Of a stretch of DNA of 35,431 bases, positions 9,599-18,209 are shown in pieces. Every line of letters starts with the position of its first letter. Position 1 is the first letter of the stretch. The notes under the pieces are model-generated. The model worked only from the letters and a program-made list of their open reading frames with translations. It did no database searches and was not told where the DNA came from. The stretch comes from Myxococcota bacterium (GTDB taxonomy: Bacteria > Myxococcota > JACRCW01). The stretch lies in contig JBFMGU010000104.1 of assembly GCA_040752415.1 (NCBI GenBank), forward strand, positions 1 through 35,431, read 5' to 3'. The translations under genes and the position numbers were made by a program.

Positions 9599-11484
9599 GC
9601 AACCCCCTGGATCCTGAGCTGGCCATCCAAAGCCAGGTGAAGCGTGGCCAATCCCAAGGTGCTTGCCACGGTGTCATGCTCCTCGGCGCGACCATCCACC
9701 GCCGCGTCGATCTCCGACGGAGCGAGTCCCTTCCACACGTAGAACGCCCGCCGCCTCTCCCGCAGCGCCTCCGCATCCGCGCGCATCACCACCTTGAGCG
9801 CGCCCGGCACATCCAACGCGTGCGCCAAGAGGCCATCCACGACGAGGACGCCCTTGCCGCTCCACTGCACCACGGCGCTGGCGGCGCGCTCGCGCGTGAC
9901 GGGGTTGTATCCCGGCATCAGCACCGGCTCGCACGTCGCAAGTCGCGCCACGGCCTCACGCGTGTCCTCGAAACGGATGCGTTCCCTGAGCGTGCTGTCT
10001 ACCTTCCTCGTCGACGCGGGCTGGATGTAGCGGTCCAGGCTCACGTGCAGCACGGGGATGCCCAGCGTCTGCAGTCGGAGCCGAAGCGCGTTGGCCGCCA
10101 CGGTCTTCCCGCTGCGTGAGCCGCCACCAATGAGCACCACGCGCGCACTCCGTGCCTCCTCGAGGAACGGGTCCCAGCTCGGCGCGGTGTCCAGCATCAG
10201 GCCCACCGCCTGCGCCAGGTCCTGCAGCAGTGGAATCTCCGGCGCCAGGGGATGCTTCCCGTCCTTGCACGCCACGCCGGTCATCACGCCCACGGGCAGC
10301 ACTCCCGCCGCGCGCGCCGCCAGCATGTCGGTGGTGCGGTCACCGACGAAGATGCTTGCCCTGCGGTCGACGCCGAGGGCGGCTTCCGCCTGGAAGATGA
10401 GCCCCGGCTGCGGTTTGCGACAGTTGCACGGGACCTTCAGCTCCACGCGCTCCTGCGGGTAACCGCGGTCCGGGTGGTGCGGACAGGTGAAGATGTCGTC
10501 GAGCCACGCGCCACCTTCGCCGAGCTTACCCTCCATGTAGCGGTGCAGCTCGTGCAGTCCGTCCTCGGTGATGTCACCGCGCGCCACCACGGGCTGGTTG
10601 GTGCAGCAGACGGAGAGCACGCGCGCCTTGTTGAGCCGCGTGATGGCCTCGACCACGCCCGGCATGACGACGAGCTTGTCCTTCCGCGTGAGGAACGGCT
10701 CCTCCTGGATGAGCACGCCATCGCGGTCCATGAGCACGGCGGGCCGCGGCGTGGACCGACGCATGCTCGCTGGCACGCCCGAGCGCAGGTCTCCCTCCAC
10801 CTTCTGCAGGCGCGTCAGCGTGCCCATGTCCTTGAGGTATTCCGCGGACCGGTACGCCAGCAGCCGCTTTCCCGACGACACCAACGCGGGGAACACGTCA
10901 CGCGCGAAGTCCCGCGGCTTTCCGTCGGCGGGAATCTCCGCGAGCAGGCGCTTCTCCAGCACGTACAGCGCGGCATTGCACAGCGCGCCGGCCTCGGGAC
11001 CCGCGTGGTCCTCCTTGCGCACCATCCGCTCAATGACGCCGTGCCGGTTGGTGACGACGCGGTCGCTGTCCATGGGATGGTCATTGGGATGCACCAGCAG
11101 CGTGGCCAGTCCTTCCCCCGCGAGGTGCGCCTGCCAGAACAACCCGATGTCCACATCCGCGAGCACGTCCCCGTACACGACGAGGAAGCGGTCCTTGAGC
11201 AGGTGCTCGGCCGCCTTCACCGCGCCCGCGGTGCCCAGCGGGGAGGTCTCCACGGAGTAGCGGATGCGCACGCCATGGCGTTCCCCGTGGCCCATCACTT
11301 CTTCCACGTAGGCGGCGCGGTACGCGGTGAGCAGCACCACGTCGTCGACGCCCTGGGGCGCAAGCCAGCCCAGGATGTGATCCAGCAGCGGCACGCCGCA
11401 GATCTTGACCAGGGGCTTCGGCGGCGCTTCGGCGTCCTGGCTAAGCCGCGTGCCCTTCCCGCCGGCTAGGATGACCGCCTGCAT
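9595..11484 (-). CDS. Three-domain fusion: HddC-like nucleotidyltransferase + GmhB-like HAD-IIIA phosphatase + P-loop (uridine-kinase-like) domain
   Basis: ILAGGKGTRL...PKPL...LGTAG...YGD; DRDGV, TNQP, CPHHP...CNCRKP, VGDR; C-terminal GGGSRSGKT, SLDRY, VVDG. Confidence 0.88.
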   Translation of the reverse strand: MQAVILAGGKGTRLSQDAEAPPKPLVKICGVPLLDHILGWLAPQGVDDVVLLTAYRAAYVEEVMGHGERHGVRIRYSVETSPLGTAGAVKAAEHLLKDRFLVVYGDVLADVDIGLFWQAHLAGEGLATLLVHPNDHPMDSDRVVTNRHGVIERMVRKEDHAGPEAGALCNAALYVLEKRLLAEIPADGKPRDFARDVFPALVSSGKRLLAYRSAEYLKDMGTLTRLQKVEGDLRSGVPASMRRSTPRPAVLMDRDGVLIQEEPFLTRKDKLVVMPGVVEAITRLNKARVLSVCCTNQPVVARGDITEDGLHELHRYMEGKLGEGGAWLDDIFTCPHHPDRGYPQERVELKVPCNCRKPQPGLIFQAEAALGVDRRASIFVGDRTTDMLAARAAGVLPVGVMTGVACKDGKHPLAPEIPLLQDLAQAVGLMLDTAPSWDPFLEEARSARVVLIGGGSRSGKTVAANALRLRLQTLGIPVLHVSLDRYIQPASTRKVDSTLRERIRFEDTREAVARLATCEPVLMPGYNPVTRERAASAVVQWSGKGVLVVDGLLAHALDVPGALKVVMRADAEALRERRRAFYVWKGLAPSEIDAAVDGRAEEHDTVASTLGLATLHLALDGQLRIQGVA

Positions 11485-12416
11485 GCTTCCACCTCGGCGG
11501 TGACGGCGGCCTGCACGGCCTGGTTGCTGTTCATGCGCGGCTTCCAGCCCAAAGCGCGGATGCGGCTCGTATCATAGGCGAACTTAGGAACGTCACCCGG
11601 CCAACCGCGGTCCCCGCTCCCGTACTCGATGACGGCGTCCTGGAACCCGAGCGTGGCGCGCACCATCTCTGCAATCTCGCGCACCGTGGTCGCGCCCTCT
11701 CCGGCCACGTTGTAGACGGCCAGCGGATTGGCGGGATGGGACACGCCGGTGAAGATGGCGTCGAGCAGGTCGTCGACGTGGAGGTACGGCTTGAGCTGGG
11801 TGCCGTTCCCCAGGACGGAAAGCTTCTTCTTGTCGCGGTGCAGGCGCCGCACGAAGTCATAGACCGCCCCGTGCGTGAGGTTGGGACCCACCACGTTGGG
11901 GAAGCGGAACACCCACGCGCGCATGTTGAACAGGTGGCTATACGCGCTGAGGTACGCCTCGCTGGCGAGCTTGGAGGCGCCGTACAGCGAGATGGGCTGC
12001 AGCGGCCCGTGCTCCTCGCGCAGTTGTCCGTCGGCCTCACCGTAGATGGCGCTGGTGGAGGCGAAGACCACCTCCTTGGACTCCGCGCGACGCATCGCAT
12101 CCAGCACGTGGAAGGTGGTGAGGAAGGTCTTGTGCAGGTCGGTGCGCGTGTCCTTGGTGCCGGCCTGGATGTCGCTGTTGGCGGCCATGTGGAAGACGCG
12201 CTGGGGCTTGAGCGTGACCACCAGCTCGGCGAAGGCGGGCGTGAGAATGTCCATCTCCGTGACGGTGAGCCGCTTGTTGCCAGCGTGCTGCGCCAGGTTC
12301 ACCCGACGTCCCAGGGAGAAATCGTCGACGACGTGGACTTCGTCGCCCGCATCCAACAGCCGGCCCACCATCCGCGAGCCGATGAAACCCGCACCACCCG
12401 TCACGAGGATCTTCAC
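11466..12416 (-). CDS. NAD-dependent epimerase/dehydratase (extended SDR)
   Basis: TGGAGFIG, STSAIYGE, YGASK, RFPNVVGP, GWPGDVP. Confidence 0.92.
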   Translation of the reverse strand: MKILVTGGAGFIGSRMVGRLLDAGDEVHVVDDFSLGRRVNLAQHAGNKRLTVTEMDILTPAFAELVVTLKPQRVFHMAANSDIQAGTKDTRTDLHKTFLTTFHVLDAMRRAESKEVVFASTSAIYGEADGQLREEHGPLQPISLYGASKLASEAYLSAYSHLFNMRAWVFRFPNVVGPNLTHGAVYDFVRRLHRDKKKLSVLGNGTQLKPYLHVDDLLDAIFTGVSHPANPLAVYNVAGEGATTVREIAEMVRATLGFQDAVIEYGSGDRGWPGDVPKFAYDTSRIRALGWKPRMNSNQAVQAAVTAEVEACRRSS

Positions 12417-12530
12417 GGTTGCGCTCCCGCAGTTCTTCCTGGGCGTGGCGCGTTATCACGAAGGCCTGGCGCCTGCACGGGTCGTTCGCGCTGTTCCTTG
12501 CCAGGTTTGCCTCATCGCGGGCAGAGGAAC

Positions 12531-12818
12531 TCAGTCCTCGTCGCCATAGATGTGGGCGCGCGTGATGATCGGCCCGCCAACGTTGACGGTGCGGAGCCTT
12601 GGTTCGGGGTCGATCACGTCGCGGCTGTAAACCGGTGGACCACCTTGGATGCTCACCGTGTGTAGCTTTAGGGGTGGCCGGGGCTTCGTCTCCCGCGCGA
12701 GCTCCTGCTCCAGGATGTGCTTGACCTCGCTCTGGACGCTCCGATGGTTGCGCATGGCCCGTGCGCGCAGCGCCTCAAGGAGTCCTTCGTCCAACTCGCC
12801 AATGCTCAGCTCGGGCAT
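12531..12818 (-). CDS. FitA/Arc-like ribbon-helix-helix protein (antitoxin-like)
   Basis: MPELSIGELDEGLLEALRARAMRNHRSVQSEVKHIL matches the FitA-type RHH pattern. Confidence 0.8.
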   Translation of the reverse strand: MPELSIGELDEGLLEALRARAMRNHRSVQSEVKHILEQELARETKPRPPLKLHTVSIQGGPPVYSRDVIDPEPRLRTVNVGGPIITRAHIYGDED

Positions 12819-12831
12819 GGCTTGATCCTAG

Positions 12832-14331
12832 TCATTCCCCGGCCGCGCCGCCATCCGGCTGGCTCACGGGCAACGTGAACGAGACCACGTTCCCCGGTAC
12901 GTTCGCCGCCAACGCCACGTGCTCCGGCAGCCCCTGCTCCCCCGTCACGCCCTCACCCAGCCAATGAGCCGGCGCCACCGCGAGCGAGAGCGCCCCCTCC
13001 TTCAGCTCCGCCAGCGTCTCGCCCGCGCGCACCGTCGCACCCTTCTGCACGCGCCAGCCCTTCGCTCCGCGGTAACGCGTGAACACCGCATCCACGCCCG
13101 GCGTACACGCGCTCCCCGTCGGGTGATGCAGCAGGACCACCTCGTCCTCCGTCGCGCGCACCACGCACCCGTCGGCCACCGCGCGCACCGTGAGCGGCTG
13201 TCCTCCCGTGGCGCGCAGCTCCAGATCCGCCACCACCGAGGGAAGCACCAGCACCCCACCCTCCACCGCCGCCGCGCGCGAGAGGCTCTTCACCTCCACC
13301 GGCACGTCGTCACCATGCACCGGGAGGGAGAGCGTCCAGCTCATGCTCGGCCGACTCTCGTAACGCATGGTGCTGGCGCGCGGCGTGACCTGTTCGCGCG
13401 GGACGTCGCAGAGGTAGCCAATGGCGTCGACCCGCATGCCGGCGATGATCCGCATCCCGCGCGCAAACGGCGTGGGCGTGGTGGTCTCCGTCTCCGCGCA
13501 GCGGAACCGTTGCCCCTGCTCCGAGGGGAAACCAGCCTCCAGCACGCGTGTCACCGGTCGCGCCGCGTCGGTGAACGAGCCGCATTTGAACTTGAGCCCG
13601 ATGAGCACGGTGTACGCAGCCCACGGCCCCAGCGTGGCTTCCCCGTCGGCAAGCAGCGCTTCGCCGGGAGGACACTGCACCATCTCCCACGCGCTCTTGT
13701 TGTCCTCGCCCCACGGTGAGCCCTGCGCGGAGGCCTCGGGCAACCCCGGCTCCGTCCGACACAACGGCGCCAGCTGCGCAATGGACCGCCCCGGTCGGTC
13801 CTTCCGGTACTTGATGCCCGTCTGGAACATGTGCGGCGGACACACCGCGGCGTTGTCGAAGGCGCCGCTGGGCCCACCCGCCATGAAGCGACGATGGCTG
13901 TACTCCCCGCGCGCTTCCTCGTCGGAGGGAAGGGTCTTGGCCACCTCGCCCACCTCGGCGGGGCGGGTCTTCCGGATCCAGTCGGGGTTGTTGCGGTGCT
14001 TCCGGATGTCGTAGCGGCCCAGGTACTCCCCGTCGGCGGCGCGACGATCCGGGTTCCGCCCGTCGTCACGCGCGTACTCGCTGCGGTCGCTCAGCACCTT
14101 GAGGTAGGCCACGTCGGTGTTGGCGTTGGGTCGCAGCGCGTAGAGCACGGTGGGCCCGTCGGGGGCCTGCGGGTCGCGGTACTCGCGGTACTCCACGTGC
14201 TGCCCGTCCACCTCGCTGGCCAGGCGGCTGCGCCCGGTCCACTGGTCCGGGGCCTGACAGCCCAGCGCCATCATGACCAGGAGCGCGCAAAGGCCCTGCC
14301 GGCCGGGTTGTGGCTTGAGCTGAACGGTCAT
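12832..14331 (-). CDS. Putative lipoprotein with central three-repeat Cys-bounded (beta-prism-like) domain
   Basis: Lipobox-like MALGC; three repeats CPP..TGI..IAQLAPLC / CPPGEA..LIGLKFKC / CAET..RGM..VDAIGYLC. Confidence 0.65.
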   Translation of the reverse strand: MTVQLKPQPGRQGLCALLVMMALGCQAPDQWTGRSRLASEVDGQHVEYREYRDPQAPDGPTVLYALRPNANTDVAYLKVLSDRSEYARDDGRNPDRRAADGEYLGRYDIRKHRNNPDWIRKTRPAEVGEVAKTLPSDEEARGEYSHRRFMAGGPSGAFDNAAVCPPHMFQTGIKYRKDRPGRSIAQLAPLCRTEPGLPEASAQGSPWGEDNKSAWEMVQCPPGEALLADGEATLGPWAAYTVLIGLKFKCGSFTDAARPVTRVLEAGFPSEQGQRFRCAETETTTPTPFARGMRIIAGMRVDAIGYLCDVPREQVTPRASTMRYESRPSMSWTLSLPVHGDDVPVEVKSLSRAAAVEGGVLVLPSVVADLELRATGGQPLTVRAVADGCVVRATEDEVVLLHHPTGSACTPGVDAVFTRYRGAKGWRVQKGATVRAGETLAELKEGALSLAVAPAHWLGEGVTGEQGLPEHVALAANVPGNVVSFTLPVSQPDGGAAGE

Positions 14332-14460
14332 GGCTCCCCGACGGGATGTGGGACGGCGCCGCTCTTAGCACGCCACCGTGCTCCGCGGTGAGGCCGGTGG
14401 GTTTGTGCAGCGCGCCGGGGTGACCGTGCTAGCGTCGCCGGCCCGGGAGTGGACCCACCG

Positions 14461-15825
14461 ATGAAGACCCGCCTTGCATTCAAGATTGCCTTCCTGCAGG
14501 CCGTCACCGTGTCGCTGTCCCTGTTCCTGTTCACGGTGTCCGACTTCCTCTTCGACACCGGCGGGCTGCGGGTGGTCGCCTTCGTGGTGCCGCTGGTCAT
14601 CGTCAGTGGGCTCTTCACCTGGTCGTACGTCAGCATGCTCAGCAAGAACATGCAGAACCTGGCCTCCACCGCCAGCCACATCACCCAGGGCGACCTCTCC
14701 ACGCTGGTGCGCTTTGACCAGCCCAGCAGGTACCCCGATGAGGTGGACCAGGTGGCCGAGAGCATCAACACCATGCTCCAGAACCTGCGTGAGCTGGTGA
14801 GCCACCTGCAGAAGACCGCGCGCAACGTGGCCGAGAACGCCACCCGCCTCTCCAAGGCCGCCGAGAACGTCAACACCTCCGCGGAAGGCGTGTCCAAGTC
14901 CATTGCCGTCATCCGTCGTGGCGCCGAGCTGCAGAACGAGCTGGTCAACAAAGCCAACCGCCTCATCAACGAGCTGTCCGCCGGCATCGAGCGCACTGCC
15001 CAGGCCGCCCAGGACGCCGCGCGCGCCGCCGCGGAGACGCACACCGCCGCAAGAACCGGTACCGAGGTGGCCAACCTCGCTGTCGACAAGCTGCAGGAGG
15101 TGTTCCGCCGCGTGGAGCAGGCATCCAAGCGCGTGTTCGCCTTCGGCGAGAAGAGCCAGGCCATCGGCAAGATCGTCGAGGTGATCACCAAGATCAGCCA
15201 GCAGACCAACCTGCTTGCGCTCAACGCCACCATCGAGGCCGCGCGCGCCGGTGAGTACGGTCGCGGCTTTGCGGTGGTTGCCGACGAGGTGCGCAAGCTT
15301 GCGGAGTCCTCCGGCAAGAGCGCCGAGCAGATCACCGTGCTGGTCAGCGACATTGCCAAGGACAGTGAGAGCGCCGTGATCGGTATGCGCGACGGTACCC
15401 GCGAGCTGAACGCCTCCCGCGAGGACCTGGCGTCCATCATCCACAGCCTGGAGGGCATTGTGGAGTCCGCCCTGCGCGGCGCGGAGAAGGCGGAGCAGAT
15501 TGCCCGCACCAGCCAGGGTCAGCTGGCCGGCTCTTTGGAGATGGTGAAGGCCATCAACAACATCCAGGACGTGGCCAAGCAGAACATGCAGGCCACCGTG
15601 GAGGTCAGCCGCGTCACCGCCGACCAGTCCAAGAGCATGGAGGAGATGGCCTCCAGCGCGCTGGAGATGAGCAACCTCTCGCTCGAGCTGGAGCACGTGG
15701 TCAGCCGCTTCCGCCTGGGCTCCACGCCGCCCACCGCCTCCAGCAGCGGCGGCGCCCCCGCGGGCTCCCCCACCCCCGGCAACCGCTCCACCGTCCCGCC
15801 CTCCAACGAGCGCGTCCCCGCCTGA
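14461..15825 (+). CDS. difA: Methyl-accepting chemotaxis protein lacking a periplasmic sensor domain, DifA-like
   Basis: Two TMs with a very short loop, HAMP (ITQGDLS...DEVDQV), signalling core [46 protein letters not shown] and FRLG segments recalled from M. xanthus DifA (symbol tentative). Confidence 0.8.
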   Translation: MKTRLAFKIAFLQAVTVSLSLFLFTVSDFLFDTGGLRVVAFVVPLVIVSGLFTWSYVSMLSKNMQNLASTASHITQGDLSTLVRFDQPSRYPDEVDQVAESINTMLQNLRELVSHLQKTARNVAENATRLSKAAENVNTSAEGVSKSIAVIRRGAELQNELVNKANRLINELSAGIERTAQAAQDAARAAAETHTAARTGTEVANLAVDKLQEVFRRVEQASKRVFAFGEKSQAIGKIVEVITKISQQTNLLALNATIEAARAGEYGRGFAVVADEVRKLAESSGKSAEQITVLVSDIAKDSESAVIGMRDGTRELNASREDLASIIHSLEGIVESALRGAEKAEQIARTSQGQLAGSLEMVKAINNIQDVAKQNMQATVEVSRVTADQSKSMEEMASSALEMSNLSLELEHVVSRFRLGSTPPTASSSGGAPAGSPTPGNRSTVPPSNERVPA

Positions 15826-15985
15826 AGTTTCCGCGGGTCCGGATCCGTTCCCCGTCGTCAGCTCCCTCGCGTTTCCGCTGCGGCTGGGCTACTTCCCGGG
15901 CTTCGGGACGCAACTTTTGTCCCCTCCCTGCCGATGTAGGTGTCCTCCACACCCTTCTGGCACCAGATCCCTTCGGAGACAGTTC

Positions 15986-17725
15986 ATGCCCACCATTCGC
16001 GACCGGCAGCTCTCGAACGTCTACTCCGCCCTGGAGGCCCAGCGTCGTCTGGACCCCAACGTGAAGATCGACACCAGCAACATGGTGAAGCTGCTGGCCA
16101 CCGTGGCGGACAGCTGGAAGGGCAGCGCGTCCACCATGGAGGGCAAGCTGAACCGCGCGGGCATCACCCGTGAGGAGCAGGTGGAGCTGGTCAAGGCGGG
16201 GATGAGCGCCAACGAGAAGAAGGACCTGGAGGCCATCCTGGACGGCGGCAGCGTGCCCATGGCCGACGAGGTCAAGCGCTTCCTGGAGCAGGTGCTGGGT
16301 CGCCAGGAGGTGGGTCCCTCCGACGGCAGCCTGCGCATCACCGGCAACCAGGCAGGCGGCGTGCTTTCCGGCGTGGCCAAGGCGGGCTCGCAGATTGAGG
16401 TCATCAACCTCTCCACCACGCCGAACAAGCGCCTCCACACCGACGACACCTTCGCGCTGGCCACCGCGGGCGCCGACGGGAAGTTCTCCGGCACCATGGA
16501 CATGAAGGAGGGCGACATCATCCGCATGCGCGCCCGCGACGCCAGTGGCAACGTGGGCAACTGGGTCACGCTGCGTGCCACCGGCATGGGCGTGGATACG
16601 CGCAACGCGGAAGTGGCGCTGTTCCGCTTTGGTCTGACCGCCGACGCCGCCACTGGCAAGGTGGACGTGGTGAACATCAACGCCAGCCGCCAGATCAGCG
16701 AGCCCGGCGCCAAGATCCAGTTCGTCAACGAGCGCACCGGGGAGAAGACGGTGGTCACCCTCAACGAGGAGGGCACCTTCCCCGCGGGCCTCAAGGTCAA
16801 CGGCAAGGCCGGCGACAACTTCTCCATCCGCGCCTCCGACGGGCGCAACAACACGGACTTCAGCCAGGAAGTGGGCAAGGTGACCGTGCCGGGCGCGGGT
16901 GGTGGCACCGGCGGCGTGGACCTCCCCGACCCCAAGCTGCACAAGGATGAGCTGAACGCCGACGGCACGCCGCGCTTCCAGACCAAGCGCTTCACCGGTC
17001 CGCTGTTCAAGGACGGCGCCAAGCCGGAGGACGTCAAGCAGGGCCAGATTGGCGACTGCTACCTGCCCAGCGCGGTGGCGGCCCTGGCGCGCAGCCATCC
17101 CGAGGTCCTGCAGTCCATCATCAAGGACAACGGCAACGGCACGTACACGGTGACCTTCAAGGAGCAGGACTGGCGCAGCGGCGGCTTCAAGGACAAGCAG
17201 GTGACCGTCGACGGCGACCTGTACGCGCGCTCCTGGGGCGGCCCGCTCTACGGCTCCTCCGCCGGCGACACGAGCGAGCGCGGCATGGAGATGTGGTGGC
17301 CCATCTTCGAGAAGGCCTACGCGCAGTGGCAGGGCAGCTACGACACCATTGGCAACGGCGGCGTCTCCTCGGAGGTGTTCGAGGCGGTGCTGGGCCGTCA
17401 CTCCGACGACATGTACGGCCTGGGCTACCAGAGCGCGGACAAGATCTGGAACAAGATCAAGACCAGCATCGACAAGGGGATGCCGGTGAGCGCCGGCACG
17501 CATGGTGAGTCGGAGAGCTCGCGGTACACCAACACGGGCGTGTATGCGAACCACAGCTACAGCGTGCTGGGCTACGAGGAGAAGAACGGCGAGCGCTACG
17601 TCAAGCTGCGCAACCCGTGGGGTGAGAGCGAGCCGTTCCCCGGCGACGGAAGGAACGACGGCATCTTCAGCCTGAAGCTCGCGGACTTCCAGAAGCTCTA
17701 CCAGAGCATCTACACCGTGCGCTGA
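15986..17725 (+). CDS. Calpain-like cysteine protease (peptidase C2) with two Ig-like repeats
   Basis: QGQIGDCY (Cys), NHSYSV (His), LRNPWG (Asn), WWPIFEKAYA; start set at ATG 15986 after GGAG. Confidence 0.88.
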   Translation: MPTIRDRQLSNVYSALEAQRRLDPNVKIDTSNMVKLLATVADSWKGSASTMEGKLNRAGITREEQVELVKAGMSANEKKDLEAILDGGSVPMADEVKRFLEQVLGRQEVGPSDGSLRITGNQAGGVLSGVAKAGSQIEVINLSTTPNKRLHTDDTFALATAGADGKFSGTMDMKEGDIIRMRARDASGNVGNWVTLRATGMGVDTRNAEVALFRFGLTADAATGKVDVVNINASRQISEPGAKIQFVNERTGEKTVVTLNEEGTFPAGLKVNGKAGDNFSIRASDGRNNTDFSQEVGKVTVPGAGGGTGGVDLPDPKLHKDELNADGTPRFQTKRFTGPLFKDGAKPEDVKQGQIGDCYLPSAVAALARSHPEVLQSIIKDNGNGTYTVTFKEQDWRSGGFKDKQVTVDGDLYARSWGGPLYGSSAGDTSERGMEMWWPIFEKAYAQWQGSYDTIGNGGVSSEVFEAVLGRHSDDMYGLGYQSADKIWNKIKTSIDKGMPVSAGTHGESESSRYTNTGVYANHSYSVLGYEEKNGERYVKLRNPWGESEPFPGDGRNDGIFSLKLADFQKLYQSIYTVR

Positions 17726-17832
17726 GCACCATGCTGAATCGCTTCACACTCGCGGCCGGTGCACTGATGGTGGGTGCGCTGGCCGCGCGTGCTTCTCCGC
17801 CTGTCTTTTCCGTCGTCACGCTTGGAGTCCCC

Positions 17833-18204
17833 ATGGCCATCCCTCCCGAACCCATCCAGGAACTGCTGCCCCAGGCCACCCTCATCGTGGAGGCCCAGGT
17901 CAGCGAGGTGATCTCCACCGACGCGTTCCCACCGCAACCCAAGGCCAAGCCCGGCGCCACCAGCGTGCCCGGCAAGACGCCGAAGCAGGTGGTGAAGCTG
18001 AAGATCACCCGCGTCATCAAGGGCAACGCCAGCGGCGAGATCACGGTGACCAAACCGGAGGGGCACTACATGTTGTCCGTTGGCAACAAGGGCCCGTTCC
18101 TGCTGAAGGATGACCAGCCCAACCCGGTGATCATCGGCCGGTACGGACCGGACACGTACACCGTGCAGAGCATCGAGCACACGCTCAAGCAGCTCGCGAA
18201 GTAG
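17833..18204 (+). CDS. Small hypothetical protein downstream of calpain-like protease
   Basis: Host-like codon usage from ATG 17833 (GGAG upstream); alternative start 17731 would add a signal-peptide-like leader. Confidence 0.7.
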   Translation: MAIPPEPIQELLPQATLIVEAQVSEVISTDAFPPQPKAKPGATSVPGKTPKQVVKLKITRVIKGNASGEITVTKPEGHYMLSVGNKGPFLLKDDQPNPVIIGRYGPDTYTVQSIEHTLKQLAK

Positions 18205-18209
18205 TCCTC

